64,000 nt of DNA from Bacteroidota bacterium (GTDB taxonomy: Bacteria; Bacteroidota; Bacteroidia; Flavobacteriales; BACL11), in the NCBI GenBank assembly GCA_036337275.1, contig JAYZEM010000005.1, positions 807-64,806 of the forward strand, in the 5' to 3' direction. A model generated the notes under the pieces. The model ran no database searches. It was not told where the DNA came from and worked only from the letters and a program-made list of their open reading frames with translations. A program made the translations under genes and the position numbers. The stretch's first letter is position 1. Every line of letters begins with the position of its first letter. This document shows, one piece after another, positions 56,978 to 64,000 of this stretch.

Positions 56978-58301
56978 CCTCTTTTATATGCACTTTTATT
57001 CTGTTGATTTTTCTCTTGTTAGCTGACTCAATTGTGAAAGTATAAGGGGTAAAATTGATTATTTCTCCTTTTTCTGGGATCTCTCCTTTTATTTCCAAAA
57101 TCAAGCCAGCCAAAGTGTCAGAATCACCTTTTATGTCATCAAAATAATCAACTTCTCCTTTTACTATTTTCAAAAAGTCATTCAATGATATTTTTCCTTC
57201 AAAAATAAAATTATATTCATCTAAAACTGAAAAATAATTCCCATCATCATCAAATTCATCATTTATCTCTCCTACAATTTCTTCTAAAATATCTTCCAAA
57301 GTAACAATTCCAGAGGTGCCACCATATTCATCAACAACTATAGCTAAGTGAATTTTTTTATCTTGAAATTCTTTTAACAAATCACTTATCATCTTAGTTT
57401 CTGGAACAAAATAAGTTGGACGAATTAGATCTTGCCACTTAAAATTTTCTAATTCATCTAAATATGGAATCAAGTCTTTAATATACAAAAGACCAATAAC
57501 GTTATCAAAACTTTCTTTAAAAACAGGAATTCTTGAAAAACCTGAATCTACCACTAATTTTATGAGATTTTCAAATTGAAGGTTCTGCTCTATTGCAATC
57601 ACATCTACCCTTGACTTCATGATTTCTTTCACATCAATATTTCCAAATTCAACTATGCTTTTTAGAATTTTTTGCTCCTCTTCCGTTTGCTGAGTTTCAG
57701 CAGTTAACTCCAAGGCTTCTGCTATTTCATTCATAGAAACCACTTCTTTTTTCTGTTTTAATCGTTTGTCAATAAATGAAGTGCTTGAAATAAGCAGATA
57801 ACTAACCGGCGCACATATTTTACTAAATAAATTTAATGGTATACTCATCCATTTGCTAAACCAAAGCGCGTTCCTGTTGGCATAAACTTTTGGTGTTATT
57901 TCTCCAAAAAGTACAAGTAAAAATGTAATAACCACAATCTGAATAAAGAATTCTAATATTGAGCTCTCCTGAAAGACAAAAATACTTGCTGTCAAATAAG
58001 TTGATAAAATAATAATTCCAATATTTATGAAATTATTGGTTATCAGTATAGTAGCAAGCAATTTGTTAGGGTTTGCCAATAATTTTAGCGTCAATTGCGC
58101 CCTCTTTGATTTGTCATTGTTCAAACTTTCAACATCATTTGGGGCTAATGAAAAGTATGCTACTTCTGCACCAGAAACAACTGCTGAGCAAAATAACATC
58201 ATAATTATAACAATGAAATTAATTACAATTTCTATTGAAATTAGTTGTAATTTAAGTTCTAAAAAGGGGCTTAATAAAAGCAGACTGAGTTCTTCTTCCA
58301 A
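56961..58301 (-). CDS. gldE: Gliding-motility-associated CNNM/CorC-family membrane protein GldE
   Basis: DUF21 (VVSGAEVAYFSL), a CBS pair, VVDEYGGTSGIVTLEDILEEIVGEINDEFD, and a CorC_HlyC C-domain. Context is ssb upstream and gldD downstream. TTG start. Confidence 0.8.
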   Translation of the reverse strand: MEEELSLLLLSPFLELKLQLISIEIVINFIVIIMMLFCSAVVSGAEVAYFSLAPNDVESLNNDKSKRAQLTLKLLANPNKLLATILITNNFINIGIIILSTYLTASIFVFQESSILEFFIQIVVITFLLVLFGEITPKVYANRNALWFSKWMSIPLNLFSKICAPVSYLLISSTSFIDKRLKQKKEVVSMNEIAEALELTAETQQTEEEQKILKSIVEFGNIDVKEIMKSRVDVIAIEQNLQFENLIKLVVDSGFSRIPVFKESFDNVIGLLYIKDLIPYLDELENFKWQDLIRPTYFVPETKMISDLLKEFQDKKIHLAIVVDEYGGTSGIVTLEDILEEIVGEINDEFDDDGNYFSVLDEYNFIFEGKISLNDFLKIVKGEVDYFDDIKGDSDTLAGLILEIKGEIPEKGEIINFTPYTFTIESANKRKINRIKVHIKEDEENN

Positions 58302-58318
58302 TGCTTGTTTTTATTTAT

Positions 58319-58732
58319 CTAGAAAGGTAAATCGTCTCCCTTTTCTTCTTGAGGAATTTCTTCTTTAGATTTATTTGTAGAAAGTTGAGTAGATCCATCT
58401 TCTTTTTTACCCAACATAGTCATATTGTCTGCTAAAATTTCAGTTGTATACCTTGTATTGCCTTCCTTATCTTCCCATTTTCTATTTCTAATTTTTCCCT
58501 CAATGTAAATGGAGGCACCTTTTTTTAAAAACTTTTCAGCTATCTCAGCTAACCCTCTCCAGAGCACAATATTATGCCATTCTGTTTGACTTACCCTTTC
58601 CCCTTCTTTGTTTTTATAACTTTCTGTGGTAGCTAAAGAAAAATTTGCAACAGCAACACCATTGTCTAGATATCTTACTTCAGGATCTTTACCTAAATTC
58701 CCAATTAGAATTACTTTGTTTACGCCTGCCAT
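58319..58732 (-). CDS. ssb: Single-stranded DNA-binding protein
   Basis: [23 protein letters not shown]-fold N-terminus, TEWHNIVLW, and an acidic C-terminal tip DDLPF. Confidence 0.95.
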   Translation of the reverse strand: MAGVNKVILIGNLGKDPEVRYLDNGVAVANFSLATTESYKNKEGERVSQTEWHNIVLWRGLAEIAEKFLKKGASIYIEGKIRNRKWEDKEGNTRYTTEILADNMTMLGKKEDGSTQLSTNKSKEEIPQEEKGDDLPF

Positions 58733-58771
58733 AACATTTGTTTTTAGTGATAAACAAATGTAGTAAAATAG

Positions 58772-59812
58772 CTATATCATTCCAACATTTTGAAGGTATT
58801 TTTCCAATAGCCTAGGAATAGGGTAATTTTTCAATTCATTCTTGCCAATACACTTAAAATGCTTTGATATTGCATACTTTGTTTCAACATGCCAAAATCT
58901 GGCAAAAATGGTTTGGTGTGTGAGTTGATGTTTAATTATTGGTGATATTTTTAAGATTTTTGTTGTTTTAGCAAATAGCTTTTTCCATTCTCTTGAATTC
59001 TCAATGTCCTTTTCAGATTTTTGAACCTCATTTTCTAAAATTGGAAACTGATAGAGCCCTTTCCAAATCCCATTTACTCTTTTCTCTATGTGAATACCCC
59101 CATTTTGATTAATGATAAAAAACTCAAAATACCGTTTTCTAATTTTAAGTTTCTTTGATTTTTTTGGTAAATCAGCAACCATATTATTGTTAAAAGCATA
59201 ACAACTATTTTGCAAAGGGCAAAGATTACAGTCTGGTGATTTTGGTTTACATTGCAGTGCACCAAATTCCATTATTGCCTGATTATTTACTCCTGCTTTT
59301 TCAATTAGAAGTAATTCTTGAGCCAATTGTTTAAATGTTTTCTTTCCTTCACTACTATCATATGGTGTTCGTATTCCAAAAAACCGACTCAATAGTCTTA
59401 TTACATTCCCATCTACTACTGAAAAGGGTAAATTATACGCAAAAGAGCAAATAGCAGCAGCTGTATATGGTCCTACACCTTTTAAGGCTAAGATTTTTTT
59501 ATAATCATTTGGGAAAGTTCCTTTGTATTTTTCTGTTACCTGCTTAGCAGTAAGATGCATATTCCTAGCTCTGGAGTAGTAGCCCAATCCTTGCCAAAGT
59601 TTCAAAACTTCCCTTTCTGAAGTTTCTGCAAGTAATTCTACATTTGGGTATCTTTCTATAAAGCTATTGAAATAAGGTAATCCTTGCTCAACCCTTGTCT
59701 GTTGTAAAATAATCTCAGAAAGCCATATTTTATAAGGATCTGTGCAGTTTCGCCAAGGTAAAGACCTCTTGTTTTTGTCATACCACAGAATAATTTGTTG
59801 AGAAAAGTTCAT
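58772..59812 (-). CDS. mutY: A/G-specific adenine DNA glycosylase
   Basis: LPWR, WLSEIILQQTRV, the HhH-GPD block LKGVGPYTAAAI, a 4Fe-4S cluster loop CKPKSPDCNLCPLQNSC, and a NUDIX-like C-domain. Confidence 0.95.
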   Translation of the reverse strand: MNFSQQIILWYDKNKRSLPWRNCTDPYKIWLSEIILQQTRVEQGLPYFNSFIERYPNVELLAETSEREVLKLWQGLGYYSRARNMHLTAKQVTEKYKGTFPNDYKKILALKGVGPYTAAAICSFAYNLPFSVVDGNVIRLLSRFFGIRTPYDSSEGKKTFKQLAQELLLIEKAGVNNQAIMEFGALQCKPKSPDCNLCPLQNSCYAFNNNMVADLPKKSKKLKIRKRYFEFFIINQNGGIHIEKRVNGIWKGLYQFPILENEVQKSEKDIENSREWKKLFAKTTKILKISPIIKHQLTHQTIFARFWHVETKYAISKHFKCIGKNELKNYPIPRLLEKYLQNVGMI

Positions 59813-59886
59813 AAAACACTGAAAACTAAGCTAATAATTCAAAAAAAAAGACATAATGATGTGTATCGTCATTCAAAAATAGTTGA

Positions 59887-59894
59887 TATATTTG
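59887..59894 (+). promoter_or_regulatory. -7 promoter box TATATTTG upstream of hup
   Basis: Exact TAnnTTTG match, 67 nt upstream of the ATG at 59962. Confidence 0.4.
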
Positions 59895-59961
59895 CACGCT
59901 ATTAAATAAAAGCAAGAATAAAAATATTTATATTAACTTAACATCAAAAAAGAAATAAAGA

Positions 59962-60246
59962 ATGACAAAAGCAGAGATAGTAAGTAAAATTTCAGAGAAA
60001 ACAGGTGTAGAAAAAGTAACAGCACTTGTAGTAGTAGAATCGTTTATGGCAGAAGTGAAAGACTCAATAACTAACAATGAGTCAGTTTTTCTAAGAGGTT
60101 TTGGGACATTTAAACCAAAGAAAAGAGCTGAAAAAACAGGTAGAAATATCTCAAAAAATACTACAATTATTATCCCAGCACATCATATTCCATCTTTTAA
60201 ACCTTCAAAGGTTTTTGTTAAACAGGTTAAAGAAAGTATTAAATAA
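59962..60246 (+). CDS. hup: HU-family DNA-binding protein
   Basis: 94 aa. MTKAEIVSKISEKTG..., LRGFGTF, and a beta-arm RNISKNTTIIIPAHHIPSFKPSK. Confidence 0.9.
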   Translation: MTKAEIVSKISEKTGVEKVTALVVVESFMAEVKDSITNNESVFLRGFGTFKPKKRAEKTGRNISKNTTIIIPAHHIPSFKPSKVFVKQVKESIK

Positions 60247-60298
60247 AATATAATCAGAAAGAAATTCTGAATAAAAGAAGAAATTAAAAAATTAAAAT

Positions 60299-60388
60299 AT
60301 GCCAAGCGGAAAAAAAAGAAAAAGACATAAGATGGCCACTCATAAACGCAAGAAGCGTTTGAGAAAAAATAGACATAAAAATAAGTAG
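60299..60388 (+). CDS. 29-codon highly basic small protein, bS22/mS38 (AURKAIP1/COX24)-like; absent from the ORF track
   Basis: ATG at 60299 to TAG at 60386..60388 encodes MPSGKKRKRHKMATHKRKKRLRKNRHKNK, with 19 of 29 residues K/R/H. The core KRKRHKMATHKRKKRLRK resembles the KRRKRMSKKKHRKLLRR core of mycobacterial bS22 and the C-terminus of mitochondrial mS38. The upstream leader is A-rich (aaattaaaat), as at other starts here. Confidence 0.55.
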   Translation: MPSGKKRKRHKMATHKRKKRLRKNRHKNK

Positions 60389-60422
60389 GCTTTTTTTCTA
60401 TTAATCTCTAATCATACAAGCC

Positions 60423-61952
60423 ATGAAATTCGAACTTATAATCGATTCAAGGCCATCTGATGTAGTTATCGCGCTTTTGCGAGAGAAACACCTAATTGAA
60501 CTTCATAAAGAAAACAATAATAGTAACTACTCAGTTGGCGATATTTATCTAGGTAAAGTTAAAAAAGTAGTACCCGGACTCAATGCTGCATTTGTGAATG
60601 TTGGACATGAGAAAGATGGTTTCTTGCACTATCTTGATTTAGGTCCAAATGTGAATTCTTATAAGAAATTTACAGACAAAGCAATTGCAAAAAAGAGCAA
60701 TACTGCTTCTTTGAAAAATTTTAGAAAGGAAAAAGAAATTAATAAAACAGGTCAAATTGCAGATGTACTAAAATCTGGAGATAGAATTTTAGTGCAAGTC
60801 TCTAAGGAAGCGATCTCTTCAAAAGGACCAAGACTAACAGCTGAAATTTCAATTGCAGGAAGAAATATGGTATTACTTCCATTTTCATCTAAAATATCAC
60901 TATCCAACAAGATCAAATCACAAGAAGAAAAAGTGCGATTAAAACGCCTATTACAAAGTATAAAGCCAGAGGGTTTTGGTGTAATCGTCCGAACAGTTGC
61001 AAAAGGAAAAAAAGTAATCGAACTAGATGCTAACTTGAAGGTTTTGTATAAAAAATGGCAAAGCGTTTTCAAAGAACTTAAAGATGCAGAGGCACCTAAA
61101 ATGATTCTAAAAGAACTTAACCGATCAACCGCTATTTTAAGAGATATTTTAAATGAAGGGTTTAATAACATTCATGTAAACGATAAAGATTTATATTTGG
61201 AATTGAAGGATTATTTAGCAAGCATTTCTCCTGAACAAGAAAGAATATTAAAACTCTACAAATCAAAAATACCAATTCTGCAAAAATTTGATGTAACCAA
61301 ACAAATAAAATCAGCTTTTGGAAAAACAGTAAATATGAAAAACGGAACCTATCTTGTAATTGAGCACACAGAAGCAATGCATGTTATAGATGTAAATTCC
61401 GGAAAAAAGGTAGACGCCAAAAAAGATCAAGAAGAAAATGCTTTAGCAGTAAATCTTGCAGCAGCAAAAGAGGTTGCACGTCAATTAAGATTACGGGATA
61501 TGGGTGGAATAATTGTGGTTGATTTTATTGATATGTACAATGCAAAGAATCGTAAATTACTTTTCGAAAAAATGCGAGAAGAAATGAAAGATGATAAGGC
61601 GAAACACCATATTCTGTCACCTTCAAAATTCGGTTTAGTGCAAATTACACGCCAAAGAGTTCGGCCAGAGATGAACATTGACACTAGAGAAAATTGCCCA
61701 ATGTGCGTAGGGAATGGTAAAATTGATTCCAGTTTACTCTTAATTGAAACTATAGAAAATAAGATTAGAAATCTAGTTGAAAAATCAAGCAATGGTCAAA
61801 TAAATATTTCTACACATCCATTTATTGCTAGCCATATTAATAAAGGAATGATCTCAAAGGGAATGAAATGGTGTTTTAAGTATAAACGAATGATAAAGGT
61901 TATGCCTGACGAGAGATTGCATCTTTTGCAATACAGCATAGTAAAAGCCTAA
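60423..61952 (+). CDS. rng: Rne/Rng-family ribonuclease (RNase G-like)
   Basis: S1 domain GDIYLGKVKKVVPGLNAAFVNVG. Catalytic core blocks (GFGVIVRT, LVIEHTEAMHVIDVNSG, LRDMGGIIVVDFIDM, FGLVQITRQR) and a Zn-link-like CPMCVGNG. Confidence 0.9.
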   Translation: MKFELIIDSRPSDVVIALLREKHLIELHKENNNSNYSVGDIYLGKVKKVVPGLNAAFVNVGHEKDGFLHYLDLGPNVNSYKKFTDKAIAKKSNTASLKNFRKEKEINKTGQIADVLKSGDRILVQVSKEAISSKGPRLTAEISIAGRNMVLLPFSSKISLSNKIKSQEEKVRLKRLLQSIKPEGFGVIVRTVAKGKKVIELDANLKVLYKKWQSVFKELKDAEAPKMILKELNRSTAILRDILNEGFNNIHVNDKDLYLELKDYLASISPEQERILKLYKSKIPILQKFDVTKQIKSAFGKTVNMKNGTYLVIEHTEAMHVIDVNSGKKVDAKKDQEENALAVNLAAAKEVARQLRLRDMGGIIVVDFIDMYNAKNRKLLFEKMREEMKDDKAKHHILSPSKFGLVQITRQRVRPEMNIDTRENCPMCVGNGKIDSSLLLIETIENKIRNLVEKSSNGQINISTHPFIASHINKGMISKGMKWCFKYKRMIKVMPDERLHLLQYSIVKA

Positions 61953-63232
61953 TCCGCTTCTTTTTTATCTAAATTAATGAGAGATTTATAATGAACAATT
62001 AATGGGATAATCGCCATTAATACCATTATAGATCCAACCAAATACCCATAACGAACATTATCATTTGTGGTAAAGAAAGGTAAAGCAAAAAGCCCAATTA
62101 AACACATTCTCACCATAATATTCAAAGAGTTAAAAACGGAATTTGTTCGTCCAATTACATTGTTTGGTACATGGTTAAACAAATAGGTTGTTCTTAGCAC
62201 TCGTACTCCAGCATTAGTCAACCCCAAAATTAAGTTAGCAATAAAAAAATACAGAAGAGAATTGTAAACCGACATTCCCGAAAAAGCAATTGCAACAATA
62301 AACATTAAAGTAATGATGCCAAAAATCGAATTGAACTTTTTGAATATGCGTATCACAAACAAGCCTGCTAAGATTGCTCCTAAAGAATAGTAAACTTCAG
62401 CTGAGGCATAAATGTCTCCTTTCTCCTGCAAAAAATCGTGCACATATATAGGAAGCAAAATGTGAATTTCTACTAAAAGAAAAGCAAACAGTATATAAGA
62501 TGCAAAGCCAAATCGAAAAATTAATGGATTCTTTTTTAGGTATGAGATTCCGCTTTTCAACCGGCTAAATAAAGTACCAATTTCAATTTTATCACTCACT
62601 ATTCTTGTGTATTTTATTTGCATAAAAATGAGGATAACTATTAAATAAGTAATGGCATCCATCAAAAATATTTCATGAATTTCCCAAGGCTGAATCTCAA
62701 ATGGAAAGGTAAAGGTAAAGCCACCCAAATTCATACTCTTATTAGTTGTTCCAGTAAGCAATAATGCGGCAAATGCTCCAGCCAAAACACTTGTTGATTG
62801 CCCTTGTATCTCAATGTAAGAGTTCAGTTTACCATAGTTGCTTTTTTCTGTAATTTCTTGCCCAAATGCATACAAATTGGGATAATGTACATTATAATTA
62901 AATATAGTAGTTGCAAATACTAAAATCACCAACAAATCGTTCATACTAGAGGTGAAAAACCCTGAAAAAGCAACACTTCCGATTATCAGACCACAAACAA
63001 CATTAATTAAAATAAAAATTCTTTTTCTTGAATATCTATCGATAATGGTACCGGCATACAAGCCCCAAAACAAAGTTGCAAACGTGATAAAGATATATGC
63101 AGTAGCAAAAACTTGTGGTCGGCTAACTATTTCTACAAAATACCAAGGAATAGCAATCATGCTGATTCCTTGGGCAAAACCAGAAATAATATTGGATAGA
63201 AAAAGTAAACTTATTGCTTTTTTATTTTTCAT
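61949..63232 (-). CDS. MFS transporter
   Basis: 427 aa with about 12 TM segments and the MFS loop motif GTIIDRYSRKR between TM2 and TM3. Substrate unknown. Confidence 0.78.
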   Translation of the reverse strand: MKNKKAISLLFLSNIISGFAQGISMIAIPWYFVEIVSRPQVFATAYIFITFATLFWGLYAGTIIDRYSRKRIFILINVVCGLIIGSVAFSGFFTSSMNDLLVILVFATTIFNYNVHYPNLYAFGQEITEKSNYGKLNSYIEIQGQSTSVLAGAFAALLLTGTTNKSMNLGGFTFTFPFEIQPWEIHEIFLMDAITYLIVILIFMQIKYTRIVSDKIEIGTLFSRLKSGISYLKKNPLIFRFGFASYILFAFLLVEIHILLPIYVHDFLQEKGDIYASAEVYYSLGAILAGLFVIRIFKKFNSIFGIITLMFIVAIAFSGMSVYNSLLYFFIANLILGLTNAGVRVLRTTYLFNHVPNNVIGRTNSVFNSLNIMVRMCLIGLFALPFFTTNDNVRYGYLVGSIMVLMAIIPLIVHYKSLINLDKKEAD

Positions 63233-63274
63233 CTTGCAAAAGTAAAATTAAACTGTAGAATATGTATTTTTGGA

Positions 63275-63754
63275 TTGGTGCAAAAAAATAGTATATATAA
63301 AATAAGTGATGCTAAAAGAAGAATCAAAAACTATTGTGCCGCTCAAGACAGATGCGAATGGGATGTGAGAAAGAAGTTAACAGAATGGGGGTTAATGGAA
63401 AGCACAAAAGATATACTAATGACAGAGTTGATAAACGAACAATATATAGATGAAGAAAGGTATGCACGTGCTTTTTGTAGAGGAAGATTCAAAATTAAGA
63501 AATGGGGAAAGAGAAAGATAGCATTTGAATTAAAAAAGAAAAATATTTCGGCAATTTGCATAAAAAAAGGAATGGAAGAAATTGATCAAGATGTGTATTT
63601 ATTGCAATTAGGAGTTCAAGCAGAAAAGAAAAACAAATTGATAAAAGATAAAAATCATTTCAAAAGAAAAAGCAGATTAGCAAAACACCTCATTGATAAA
63701 GGTTATGAAAGCGATTTGGTTTGGGAGAAGATAAAAGAAATTTATAGTAAATAG
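63275..63754 (+). CDS. recX: RecX-family regulatory protein
   Basis: YCAAQDRCEWDVRKKL, YIDEERYARAFCRGRFKIKKWGKRKIAFELKKKNIS and further helical repeats typical of RecX. There is no in-frame ATG near the 5' end; candidates are TTG 63275 and GTG 63278. Confidence 0.78.
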   Translation: MVQKNSIYKISDAKRRIKNYCAAQDRCEWDVRKKLTEWGLMESTKDILMTELINEQYIDEERYARAFCRGRFKIKKWGKRKIAFELKKKNISAICIKKGMEEIDQDVYLLQLGVQAEKKNKLIKDKNHFKRKSRLAKHLIDKGYESDLVWEKIKEIYSK

Positions 63755-63759
63755 TCCCT

Positions 63760-64000
63760 ATGATAAGTGAGCAACAAATTCTAGAACTAAAAAGGAGAAA
63801 AGAAGACCTTTTTAAATTTCTGAATATTCAAGGTAAAGAGATTGAACTAAAAGAATTGGAAGAAAAATCCAACCAAAATAGCTTTTGGGAGAATCCAAAA
63901 AATGCTCAAAAAATTCTGAAAAAATTAAGCGGTTTAAAAAGTTGGGTCAGATCCTATCATTTGACGGAAAACTATATTGAGGAACTAAAAGTACTTATCG
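63760..64000 (+). CDS. prfB: Peptide chain release factor 2, N-terminal 80 codons; runs off the window end
   Basis: Not in the ORF track because there is no stop in the window. ATG at 63760. The translation is MISEQQILELKRRKEDLFKFLNIQGKEIELKELEEKSNQNSFWENPKNAQKILKKLSGLKSWVRSYHLTENYIEELKVLI. The FWENPKNAQK block corresponds to the conserved xxWxxPxxAQ region of RF2. Confidence 0.8.
   Translation, partial: MISEQQILELKRRKEDLFKFLNIQGKEIELKELEEKSNQNSFWENPKNAQKILKKLSGLKSWVRSYHLTENYIEELKVLI

Noticed and set aside
60254-60270. Hairpin TCAGAA-agaaa-TTCTGA after hup as a terminator or attenuator ahead of the small basic ORF
   Set aside because: The stem is 6 bp, AT-rich, and has no following T-run. 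It is too weak to call.

Overview
AT-rich (about one-third GC by eye) chromosomal segment that looks like a core-genome region of a Bacteroidota, probably Flavobacteriia-type, bacterium. Three things support that assignment. Three secreted proteins end in type-A T9SS C-terminal sorting domains. The gliding genes gldD and gldE sit in the mutY-ssb-gldE-gldD arrangement. Many intergenic regions carry TAnnTTTG (-7) promoter boxes with A-rich rather than Shine-Dalgarno leaders.

I support about 55 protein-coding genes, tightly packed with many 1-17 nt overlaps, plus 2 tRNAs (His-GTG, Phe-GAA), a few hairpin terminators and one decayed gene relic. Recognisable content includes:
- gcvP (3' part)
- a DPP-IV/POT peptide-uptake pair
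- a Cu-ATPase
- flippase and GT4 genes, and a separate wza-wzc pair
- a fused CcsBA cytochrome c synthetase and bshB1
- the purH-mreBCD-mrdA-rodA operon
- mfd, a PPi-type phosphofructokinase and aspartate kinase
- heme A synthase, hup, rng, recX and the start of prfB

I see no CRISPR array, no transposase, integrase or IS element, no phage genes and no recognisable multi-gene defence or toxin system. I therefore cannot honestly claim a clear new system.

The most interesting unexplained items are:
1. A tandem pair of diverged paralogous T9SS cargo proteins with no recognisable catalytic domain.
2. An orphan 593-aa enzyme-like protein with an NMO/FabK-like motif pattern and a C-terminal cysteine cluster.
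3. A 29-codon, extremely basic ORF absent from the ORF track, between hup and rng, that resembles bS22/mS38 ribosomal proteins.
4. An internally deleted relic of a Cys/Met-metabolism PLP enzyme just upstream of an NhaC-family transporter.

The ORF track translates TTG and GTG starts as M. Several track ORFs have spurious 5' extensions, and I trimmed those.
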